Assembly: GCF_964355755.1 (NCBI RefSeq)
Contig: NC_092673.1
Coordinates: 31,617,648-31,681,647, forward strand
Length of the DNA: 64,000 nucleotides
Direction of reading: 5' to 3'
DNA from: Antedon mediterranea
Lineage: Eukaryota; Animalia; Echinodermata
The position numbers and the translations under genes are program-made. Under the pieces are notes generated by a model that saw nothing but the letters and a program-made list of their open reading frames with translations, was not told the origin of the DNA and did no database searches. Shown in pieces: positions 52,392 to 64,000 of this stretch; the stretch's first letter is position 1; each line of letters opens with the position of its first letter.

Positions 52392-53345
52392 ACATAGATG
52401 CGAAATTCGCATGAGAAAAACGTCTGTAAAATCATCAATTTATTTAAATAATTTATTGTTATTTTATTGATTCTTATTCATCTAATTCTAAGGTGTGGTA
52501 TTCAGGATAAAGTTGGTTAACAAATTTAAAGTTAAAATAAAAGGCAGGTGCGAAAGACAATTATTGGGAATTTTGGATCTTAGGTTTCGTGATCTTAGGT
52601 CTTAGGGGCGTCTTAGCTTTCGTGATCTTGGGTTTCGTGACACCCTTGTTCCATTAGAGGTAATCTGTGATGGCGCTAGTAGATAGGGAAGATCTGTACT
52701 GCCGTTCTTTGCAAGAAGATGGGGAAGTCCGGTAATATGTCATGATAATGTAACAAGCCATTGATGAAGTAAAATCACGAATACATTTGGCTGATTGTCG
52801 TTGTTTTAGTCGTCGTCAGAAGTTTATCGACCTACATCTATTTCTCATTATAACACAAGTTCATTTGGAATTTTCAGTAAATTACCAATGGTTTATTCAA
52901 AGTCAACACTGTAACTAATCCCTTACTATTCAATCAAAATGTTATTATTATACTACTATATTGTTGAAAAATGGATGGCATGATATGAAAATGGATTGAT
53001 AGTAAAACGTAACAAAGATACGTTCTTGTCTGGTTGTCATGCACTGATGAAAGCGGAGGATTATTTTTGTAGCGTTCCATTTAAAATAAATTTTGTTACA
53101 TAAATTTTGGTTGTAAAGGTCGTTAAATTCATTGGCGCCAGCGTTACTTCTTTTACCAATTTTAACAATTAAGCTAACGTAACATCAAAACATTCAACAA
53201 TGATAAAATGCCCTGCAACTCTAGAACTACTTTATGACTAAGCCTATCAAGTTCCGGGTCCTTTTTTAGAGAACACACTAACTAACTTTTTTTTTCTTGC
53301 GTCACTGCGGTACTTCTGGTACGGTAATAAATAAAATACTATTAA

Positions 53346-54586
53346 TCTATATATAAATTTACGTAAGGGCAAAATTCGGTAAATCGCGCCTTACTTCTAG
53401 AATTTTTACTCGATGGTATATAAAGTTGGTTCGTACTTTCGGTACTGATTTTAACCACCTGATGTAACCCTGTTTACTAATTAAATTGAGTTAGATAATT
53501 AGTTATTGACGATTAAAACGAATTTAGGTTCAACGATTTGCCCCAAATAGGGGTGTTTTCCAATCGTGGTATACACTGTCTAATGGATGTCCAACTTGAA
53601 AAATACCCGCACACAATAATACGAGGACGCTTCGCATTTTCCTATCTCCTCCTACGATAATTGTTTTTAATAGCTGAAAACCGGTTGAACTGCTCGAGTA
53701 CAGCATCATAATGTTGAAGACAGGCCGATTTTCTTTAAAAAATACTATTTTGATAGATTTAATTTACGTTTTTACAAATGTATTGATTTGCGATGAATGC
53801 AACATTCCAATCTCTCAGTCTGCCAGTTTGGTTTAACACAAGTAGGTAAATTTATGAGCCCTTGGAGAATAAACTTGCAATACTTTGACAATACAGTACT
53901 GCAAATAACCATTTTTGGTCGTCATTTGAATCGAACATTTCTTACTGTGAATAGATGTAAAAAAAATATATACAAACATTTCTTACTGTGAATACTGTTA
54001 GATGTAAAAAAATATATACAAATAAACTTTATTACTGACAGTTGCTTCTCAATGTTTGCATTAATTAATAATTACAAAAAATATAAACGTTGTAGTGGTG
54101 TATCGTTACATGTTACTTTACTATTTCAATCGACTATGACAGTGACAGTTTTAACAAAGTATTAAATCGCAAATGTTTTACTATATTTAGTCACCGTTAG
54201 TGGTATATTATTTATAGGCCTATAAAAAATGAAAACAATATTTCGTTACTGACGTGGATAAAGAATATATTTAAAAATTGTTCCTCTTTGTACCTATCCT
54301 CTTTCCCATCCCTCAACCCTAATTGGGTTTCTTTAAATGAATAAACAATTTGGACTCATTTTGTGTTAAGTTTCTCTTTCGGAAGTAATTCCCAGGGTGC
54401 TAATTTTGGTTGACTACATAAATCATTGTGTCTACTTATTCGTTTCTGTAAACGACAATGTATTATAGTCCTGCGGTACGTGCATTTGAAATCGCCAGAT
54501 TTTTTACCCTGAAATTACTGTGTATTCGAGAACCATCTGTGGGCACGACCTAGATGGTACGCGAGCGAAGCGAGCGTACCATCTAG
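53346..54586 (+). mobile_element. Putative non-autonomous Helitron
   Basis: 3' palindrome CTAGATGGTACGC-GAGCGAAGCGA-GCGTACCATCTAG ending in CTAG|T. Candidate 5' end A|TCTATATATAAA at 53346 (boundary uncertain). Confidence 0.5.
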
Positions 54587-55029
54587 TTAATGTAAATTAA
54601 TTATTATTATCAATTAATGATTTTAAAAAGTTAAACTGAAAAATATGAAGCTGCTGCTATAAATATTAAGGAAAACGTTAAATTGTATTATTTTGAATTA
54701 AATGCTAAATAAGTCGGCAGTTAATTAAAACCACAATTTCCAAAATTAATTTTCATTTATTCACTATAAACTGTACAATAAATAATAAATATAAACAAAG
54801 AAATTAATTATAGGAAATTTGCAGAAAGAAGCAAAATTTGCTCTGCTACAGGTATAATTCTCTGTTACTACGAAAATTCGATTACATCTAATATTAGGGA
54901 CGTATACGTACGGAAATGAAGATAAATAGGGTACTACACGGAAAAACAACGCAAAATTATGATTTGGCCTGGAAAAACGCAATAATTATGAACAAATCGA
55001 CGACCCATATGACGGTTTTTTCCCGTCAT

Positions 55030-56255
55030 ATTTTTTTTTTATTTATTTATTTATTTCGGTATATAAAACATTACAAAAAGCAGAACAAGTCTGAAATTAT
55101 TGTAGCACATTATATAAAAAATTTACATTACAGATAAAAAATACAAAACAATTTACAATATGCATAAGAAAAATAAATATACTGTACATTAATCATTAAA
55201 ATTTATCTAGTATTTTAAAAATATTTATCAAGGTTTTAATTTATTTTAAGCAATATATACAATAGTATTAATTTAAATGAATTTATTTATTTACTTATAA
55301 AAATCCTATATAAAAAAAAATTATTTCGAGTTGAGCAGATTAACAATATACGGTACAGCAGACCGTTTATATCTGTCGGTTTTGCATTTAGGCACTTCCA
55401 GATTTCCACCATTGGATCTAAGGTTTAATTTTCGCTTGCGGCAAGGAGGGAGCATATCTCTGTGCAAAGCCGATTATATGAGACCCTGACCAAAGGAAAG
55501 CACCAGACTTTCCCTCCTTGCCGCAAGCGAAAGGAGTTGCATCTCCTCTAAAGCTAAATCGTACGATATATAATTTTTTCCCAGGATAGTTCTTAGAGCT
55601 CTTTTTTGAACAGCTTCAATTTTATGTGCTAATTTTTTAGTAATTGCACCATGCCACACAGGGCATGCATACTCAAGAATAGGTCTAATATAGCAACAGA
55701 ACACCTTGATCAGGTCATCCACAGATGCGCGAGACCTCCTCATCACAAATAAAGCAAACATCTTTCGAGATGCCTTAGAGACTATGTCTGTGACATGCAT
55801 GTCCCATTTCATATTATCTTGAATAGTAACCCCTAACAATTTGAGGTTGCCAACACATTCAAGGATAGTATTGTTGAGGGTGAATGGCTGGAACTCACTA
55901 GCATTACGCAAAAAATTAATTGTCATAACATGGCATTTAGACGGTTTAGGCAACATATTGTTAGCTTTACACCAGTCATCCAAATCATCAAGGGAGACCT
56001 GTAAATAGGAATTATTGTTTTTTTTCACGACTTCACCTAGAGTGAGATCATCCACATACTTCTATCTTCTGCAGCTTCCTAGACTGGCATCATTAATTAG
56101 GACCAGAAATAAAACTGGGCCCAATTTAGTGCCCTGGGGCACGCCGCAGGTGATCTTTCTTGTACCCGAGATGGTCTTACCCACTCTGGTATTGATGCCT
56201 CTATTAGTAAGGAAGCTGCAGATAATGGGTATTATGGATGATCTCAATCCGATTC
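55030..56255 (-). mobile_element. 5'-truncated, decayed CR1-group LINE (RT 3' half), related to the 1.2-4.2 kb element
   Basis: GVPQGTKLGPVLFLVLINDA, YVDDLTLGEV, LLGVTIQDNMKW and YIRPILEYACPVW; in-frame stop near 56062; (AAAT)n/poly-A tail at ~55030. Confidence 0.9.
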
Positions 56256-56893
56256 GTATCTCTCATCAGGAGAGAGATACATCATCTCCCTGCTCTCATG
56301 ATGCGCACACCACAAGCAACTAGCCAATCAGAAATTCATTCTGCGCATGCTCAGAAACTTATCTACACTTATCTGTGCGCGGTATAATAGGCCTATTGGT
56401 GACTGTTGTGCATTATGCCAATTTACACATTTTCTCTTCCAGACTGGACTTCCATAACGTATAAATATGGATATTGTATACGATGATGGGACTCAATTTT
56501 AATTTAGTGGCAGAAACAACATTTATTTTAAGGGTATTGCTCGGGCCACTAGGGCAATACTCCTGGGTCCGCCTCTGAATTACTCATTGAAACTTTCAAT
56601 TGCTAAAAAGTATGTGATCTATTAAAGCATCTTATAATGAAATGTAATATCATTACTTTCTTACATGTTGATTACCAAAATATCTTAGTTTTGTACATGA
56701 GTTTTGATTGATTGATTTTAAAAGTGTTTTTTTTTATCACACATAATGTAAGAAAAAAATACTTTCCCAGACCCAGTGGGGTCTGCTTACGAGAAATTCA
56801 AAAGGTAAGATTATTTGCAAATACTGTTTAAAGAGAGGAATTTGTTCAAATCCATATTCCTTTTTATTTTTCAGATTGGTGCCATTTTATAAA

Positions 56894-59800
56894 ATGGCAG
56901 ACATTGATATGGCAAAAATTGCTATTACAGGTCAAACATTCTTGTATTTGAAATCTAATGTTGGTAAATGCTATGAAGGTATCAAGTATCTGTGGCTACG
57001 GTTCTGTCTCTTCGATCATTTAGATTTAGGGGACATCACCCGAAGAGACCACACATCACATGATTTATTTAATTTGTTAGAAAACAAAGGCCTTATCACT
57101 CCTAACAATGTTAAAATTCTCTTTGAAATTGCCGAACTATCACAATTGAAGGAAGCTGTAGATCTTGTCAGTCAGTATATGAAAGACAATGTGCAGAGTA
57201 CTGATGGTTATCAACAGTTGTCACCATATAGGAGAACCCTGTTTAAGGCATTGAAACAAGTTGACCCAGATACCTACTTGCGGATTATTGCTTTCTATGA
57301 GCTAAAGAACTTTAATTTCCAGTCTATATGGGATGTAGTACTTAAACTTGAGATTAATTCAAGTTTAGACAGCACACCAGGCAAAATAAGGAACTTTGCT
57401 AAATGCCTTGAACAGCGTGCACAAAATGTTTTGCTAAATAGAGGTATGTAGATCTCTGAAGTTTCTTTTGAGGTCCTATTCTTTATTTATATTAGAAATT
57501 CTATTTTTATATAATTGAATGTTTTGGTTATTAATGATGAATAAACATATCTCAAATTCGTGATACCAAATCATCCTTGAGTCACATTATCAAAATGTTA
57601 TTATTTATATTAAGCAAGTAAAGTACATAAACCATTTTGGAAATCTGCAGTTTAATTGGATTGTTAAATTTGCTATTATCGAAATAATGATAATTCAAAA
57701 TAGAGTAGTATCAGTTTCAAGTTTTTTTTTATGCCCAAGTGATTTTATTGCTCAGCTGTTGTAACAATATCCCCTTACTACATTTTATAATTATATTCAG
57801 TTTTGTTAACAAAAATCAATACATAATTTTTTGGAAGGTGCAATGATTTCGTTGAATTTCAACTCCGAGACTAATCTGAGTTTGCTTAATGAATGTGCTG
57901 AATCTTTTGGGCAAGAAAGTGGATTGGACCAAAGTTTTTCATTGTCATCTGTCAAGTGCAATGGAGTTGGAATCACCGATCCAAATTCATCACTATTTTT
58001 TCGACTGCAAACAAATAAACGAAAAGCTTTAAAAAAGCTAATGAAGATGCATTTGAGTGACAAGCTGATTGAGGGTTTGGCAGACATTTTAAATACCAAA
58101 AGACGAAAGTTTTCGAAAAACTGGAAGACCTACATTGACTTGGAAAAGTACAAAGAAGCTTTGAAGGAACTAAAGCATAAAGGTATAATGTAATGGAAGA
58201 TAACATTTTGAGATAAACCATTAGGTGATATGTAGAAAAAAAAGTAAAATGAAATAGGAGTGTTTCTACTAATTCTATTCTCTTATGTTATTTATGAGGC
58301 AACGTTTTTTAGGAAAATAAAAAAATCAAAATGATGACATATTTGTTTTTGTCACAATTAGAAGGTTTATTAAAAATTAAATACAGGATTTTTTTTTTCT
58401 TGCAGATTATACTGCAGGACAGGAAAGCAATCATGGTAATTTGTAATTTTCAATTGCTCCATGTTTATTTTATTATATTATTATTTATATTATATTATTA
58501 TTATTTTAAGAATGTATTTACAAAGGTTTTTGTTAGTTGAGATAGGCAATGGGGGTATCAAATGGTAAAAAAAGTGAAATCTATGAGAACTAGGTATGTA
58601 CTTGGTAAAACGAGTGTTTATAAGCTTGACCATGGTTTAGAACAATTATTGAAGGCTGAGATGCCTCACAAATACGATCAATACTCGGGATATTCGTAAA
58701 GACCAGTACATAGGTCTCATGCCAAATACATTTTTTACCCATTTTCTACTACTCCACATTACTTAATTGATTAATTAATTTTTTTTGTGTGTCTTCCAAC
58801 ATATTTATGGATTAGCCTCTACCTGATGGACCACCTTTCTTCCAGGGAGATGACATCTTCCTGCTTTTTTAAAGCAATATTTATTCTATCAGAAATTTTA
58901 AACTAAGCTTTGATTATTCATGTTAAGTACTGTAGTAACTGTTACTTAAAAACTTTATTTTCCAATTTAGGCGTGCAATTAGTAGTAATTCTTGTAAAGA
59001 AAGAAGATTCTGCCAATGGCAGCAAACAGCCAAATGCTCTGAAGCTCCTTTTCAAATTAATGGACAAACAGAAAGAGTGGAGTACGGAAGCTGTTGATGA
59101 AGTTCATGGAACAATAACAAAGCTTACTGCTTATTTTAAAGAAAAACATCTACTATTTCAGAAGGTAGAAACTGGAAGTATAGTGTTGCATCTCATGTCA
59201 CATGACACTAAAGCGTTGAAAGAGCTGTGGAAAATGTATTGTGATAAAACTCTGCATAAAGAATTGGCAAAGATATTAGCAGTTCACTACCAATCGATTG
59301 ACATTACAATTAATGGATCAAATTACAAAAATGCACTAAAAAAACTGGAAGAATTTGGTAAGAAATTTTACTTTCTTGTAAAGTGTAAAAGAAGAACTGA
59401 AATGATATTAAAATACATGTTTATTAGGTATTATTATACAAACAATGAATGTTTTGCATTCATTGAACGGACAGAATATTTCATGAATTGAAAGATTGAT
59501 TCATTCATTCATCAATCATTCAACTCATAACAATATTATACATACATATATACCTTTATTCTTATTGAAATAAAACTATAAAGATATTTTAACAGATAAA
59601 GATCGTACAGCAAAACAAATTAAGAGATCATCAAGTCCAGATCCAGGTAATTTATAATCATATTTGTGTATTTTTTCTATGCATGTATGAACTTACAAAT
59701 AACTTGTTGTATGTTTGAAAAACAAAACAGAAAGTATGAAGTTTACATAATCGCTTTTTAATTAATTGTACATCAGTCAGTAATCAGTCATTTGTCGTTT

Positions 59801-62503
59801 TGTATATTTTAAATTGTATTGGCTTTTTCTGTGTTACTAACCTGAGAAAACAGAATAGTACATTTCTCTATGCAGGATCCTTGCCATCATTTATGCTATG
59901 AAACTATATTTATAAAGGATGAGTAAATAAATGTGAATTGAATTTAATTTAATTAATTTTTAGCAATTTTATGTCAACATGAATTTCCTTTTGGACAAAT
60001 AAAATGAACTATGAACTATAATGATACATTGTGATAATGATAATAATATTGAGCGCTTCTAAACTAAATTTGACTGTACATTAGTATTGGTATGGTCGCC
60101 TGTGCGGTATTTAAATAAATTACGCCTATTATTCTTCAAAATCCCACCATAGAAACCATTGGAATTGTTTATCACTGTGTGAGATCTAAAAGAGTGCTTT
60201 CTCTGACCTTCCCTCCTCATAATCTGAATTTGCTTTATCCTACCATAACACATTTTTATATACTTTACACACAATTTATTTAATTTTTATTGTATAACTC
60301 ACTCTTTTTAATAGATGAATCTTCGGCATCAAAACAATTCAGACATTCAAAGGACTTTGAAGGTATGTTTTGTTCTAGCAAAGTAAGACATCTTCACCAC
60401 ACAGTAAACCTGATTAAACAAACAAATTGCAATACGTCAGCAAGGAATTTAGTCAGTATAATGTGATTGAAATCATTTGAAAGGGTGAAAATCATTAGGA
60501 GTAGCATAATTGAGATGAGCAAATAATATTGCACAAATGAAAGGTTCTTTGTTTTTATGCATTCATTATGTTTAAACCTAATAGATGAAACTTCTTCTGA
60601 AAGTGGACATTCTGTATTATCCGATATGGATTATGAAAGTGTTGGATCTGATAGTGGTAAGTTCTCAATATATGCATGCGCAACAAAGATCAAATTGATA
60701 CACTATTCTTTCACTAATACATTCACAATGTGGAAACTTCAGAAATATACACTATTGTGTCAAAGACAAATAACTAATATAACTAATATAATATAACAAA
60801 TATAACTAATATATAGTATAATGCATTACTTTCTTGTTATTGGAATTGGATTGAAAAGGGATTGGATTTGGTTTGCATTCTGTACCTGATTTTTTAAATC
60901 CATAGACATAAAGTAAACATATAAAACAATATTTATATTTATCTAAAGTTTATTGAAAATTGAGATACAAATAAACAATTTGCATATAATGGTAATTTCT
61001 TTAATATTTCTACTATTATTTACACTGTATGTATTCACATTTATCGTAAGAATCAGCTGCTTTGACAATTTCTGTATTTTCGTTTTGTTTTAAATTTAAC
61101 CCACATTCTTTTGCATAAAAAATATATATCATACGTTTTTGTTTCTTTTGTTCCACAAATAGACCCTGAAATAACAAAAGGACAATTTGAAGAAGAATTT
61201 AAATCCATTGAAGGTAGGTTTAAATATGAGTTTGTGCAACTAACCAATAACCATTATTAAAGCAATATATCGAAAGTTCTATTTGATTTTTTTTAAACAG
61301 GTTCAATAAGCTTCTATGAAAGTCGTAGAAAAGAAGTTGAAGAAGAACTTTCTTCAGCTTTAGGTGAGTCCTCATTCAATAATTTAATAGAGACTAAATC
61401 ACAATTGTAATAAAGAAAATCAATTAAAATGCTTATTTAAATGCTTAATTAATTTTATTATCTCTTTTTATTAGGTTTTCTAAAAATTTATGAATCCCTT
61501 AAAGAAGAACATTTAAGTAAAGGTATGTTAAACACTATTTATATTTGTCTAGTCACATTATTATCACGAAATGGTGACCCAAATTACATGGTACATAGGT
61601 ATGAAAAAAATGTCAGATGTTACTATTAAAATGTACTGTATATAAGGCAACCACAGATATATATGAGCATAATCTCTAAAACATTCTATATGATTTTAAT
61701 TATTAGTTCATGGACAATCATACTCTGAAATATCTGTAAGAGAACTTGAAAAAGAACTCAAATCCATTGAAGGTAGGTTCATGTAAATAACAATAGTCTG
61801 TAATCACAATATTAACCATTAAAACAATTGTTATTAAAGCCATACTTGTTTTAACAGGTTCGTTAAATTTCTATGCATGGCAAAAAAAAAAAGCAGAAGA
61901 GGAACTTGCTGAAACGTTAGGTGAGCAATTATATGACAATAATGATTTCATAATTTCATCATTGTGAATCGGATTATGTAAAAGACTAGGACACAGTGGA
62001 GTTTGGATTTTAGTCATGCAACAGGGAAATTTAAGGCCGTGTTTCCGCAGCCAAAACAAAGTTATCGGTTAATTTGTTAACCAATAAAGTGCGCATGATC
62101 AGTCATTACCAAACAACCAGATACCCAATCAGATCGCAACAATTTGTTCTCCAGGTTAAACATTATCGCATTTATCCGATAATTATCTGATTTGAATGAG
62201 ATAATTATAGGTTAATTTTTCTCGAGTGGAATTGTTTAAGCCCCGTTTCCACAGGCAATTTATCGGTTAATTTAAATGGTTTAATGTTCTATTTGCCATA
62301 TTTTTATAAGGTTTACTAATACGTTTTGAATCGCTGAAAGAAGAACATGAAGAGGTTAAACGTAAAGGTAGGTCACTATTTATTTATAGCAGTAATATTT
62401 TTATTTGCTGTGAAAGCACTTATAATATGCTGTATTTGATTTCTTTGACTAGGTGCAGGAGACTTTGAAATGCAGGAAGAAGTAGTACTTGAACCATCTA
62501 AAG
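56894..62503 (+). CDS. Death-fold immune/apoptosis-type protein: tandem DED-like domains, two TRADD-N-like domains, micro-exon coiled-coil region (3' end not identified)
   Basis: Exons 56894-57443 (DLFNLLENKGLITPNNVKILFEI; LSPYRRTLFK), 57838-58182, 58406-58435, 58971-59357 (VETGSIVLHL..ALKELWKMY), 59596-59646, 60315-60362, 60585-60656, 61163-61213, 61301-61363, 61475-61522, 61707-61772, 61858-61920, 62311-62367, 62453-62503. All introns are phase 1 with GT-AG. Probable 5' UTR exon at 56771-56803. Confidence 0.75.
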
Positions 62504-62999
62504 GTTGGTGTCAAAGAAATACGTTCCTTTATTTTGTAACATACCAGAGTGTATCTTTGCCATTTGGCTACTTATCATGTATTTATTGCATTTATGTTGT
62601 AACACTAGAAAAGCATAATTGTTTTAAATTGTTTGTATGATTTTGTTTCAATAATGGGAACTATACAAAAAGTGGAATCATTGGGAACAAGGCCATATAT
62701 ATAATATACATGGCTACAGTCGCGAGCTCAAATTTGAGTTAGAGTTTACCGACCGACCATCCGACCGACATAGTGCGACATGCGACTAAAAGCAAAATTA
62801 TAAATTAAATAGACTCAATTTAAAATTCTTATAAAATACATTAAAAATATGATAAAACATACAAATATTGCAACATTTAAAATACCGAATTGGATGCAAA
62901 GTAGAGACATTATATGCCGCTCTCTACAGGCTGGTTTTCGGTGTCGCATTATTTATTGGCCTATTACGATACGACTCTTCCCTGATGTAACAAACTTGC

Positions 63000-63546
63000 T
63001 ATTAAATACATAAATAGAATTATAAACAAATGATTGTCGGCAACATTTAGTTTTTTTTGTTCAGAGTGATCAGTCTACCAGTTTGGCTAAGCTAAAAGAA
63101 TTTATTTAGAGGGTGATCGGAATCTTGACAAATTTTATTTACAGTTTTTACGATACGTCCCTTTCATGACGTGAAATAAGAGGTTCAAGGCTAATACCGA
63201 TGATTTTACTGTACCCATTTTAGCTAGTTTGATTTTTTCCCTTTGAGTTAGATTCGAGAACCAGGCAATAGAGCCGAATAAAAGAACACTTCTGATAACG
63301 CTATCAAATAAAGGTTAAGAATTTCACAAGTGATATTGAAGGTTTTAAATTTTCGGAGGAAAAACATTCTCTGACTTGCTCTTTTGGTTATGATAATGTG
63401 TTGGCTTCCCAGTTAAGGTTTTTATCAAGCATAACGCCAAGATACTTAAATTCCTCGACCATTTCAATATTTTGTTCATTGATAGTATTGGCAATTGGAA
63501 GTATTCTTTTTGAGCGTCTAAAGTAAAAAATGATCTCGTTAGTTTT
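63000..63546 (-). pseudogene. Decayed Rex1/Babar-like LINE RT 3' fragment
   Basis: Minus strand reads KTNEIIFYFRRS..INEQNIEMVEEFKYLGVMLDKNLNW, then after a frameshift ASQRMFFLRKFKTFN. Confidence 0.7.
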
Positions 63547-64000
63547 AACAGGTCAGTCTAATAACCGAAAACGACCATAAACAATAAAAAAACAACCGAA
63601 AACAAAAATTTTAAAAATCTAAATACAGAAAACAAACTTGTATAATTTGTTTTAATGTCGCCCTCTACGTGTTTGTTTCTAAAGCTAAGACCATATGTGC
63701 CGGCTTAGCGCACCTGCCGCCGCATTTGAATAGTATTTTAGCACACGAATGACTCGTTAGGTATACGTAGTTCTAGTGGACGAATCACTATACATTCGTC
63801 ATATCATGCAAGGGATTGTATCGTGCGATGCTGGTGCATTTACAGTTGTTGTAAGTAGCTAAGTTCATAATAATGTATTACGATATACCGACTTAACTTA
63901 ACCTAAAATTGATCTTGATAGATTACTACTGTACGTTGTTATCTTAGTACATATAGGCCTATTATTTATGATAGCTTTCTCGCCGGCATTGGCTGGTGTG

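Overview
AT-rich, intron-containing animal DNA. It is probably from a marine deuterostome such as an echinoderm (inferred from a Deu-domain SINE and a tandem-DED gene). From left to right: (1) a near-complete but frameshifted CR1-group LINE on the minus strand. (2) A Zator-like DDE transposase locus on the plus strand. Its ORF1 (NAB/NCD2-like domain) joins the transposase ORF through what looks like a classic -1 ribosomal frameshift signal: G_GAU_UUU, a 6-nt spacer and a perfect 10-bp hairpin. It ends in two spliced PHD fingers and is followed by a ~125-bp minisatellite. (3) A lone cytosolic valyl-tRNA synthetase (VARS1-type) first coding exon on the minus strand, head-to-head with (4) a complete 24-exon, ~1086-aa mitochondrial-type ValRS (VARS2) gene on the plus strand, whose editing-domain exons look cytosolic-type. 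(5) Three Russian-doll clusters of a non-autonomous Helentron/DINE-1-like family, one of which interrupts a long foldback element. (6) SINEs, MITEs and LINE fragments. (7) The 5' part of a tandem-DED plus TRADD-N-like gene with many symmetric phase-1 micro-exons. All homology calls are from motif recognition by eye; no database searches were run.
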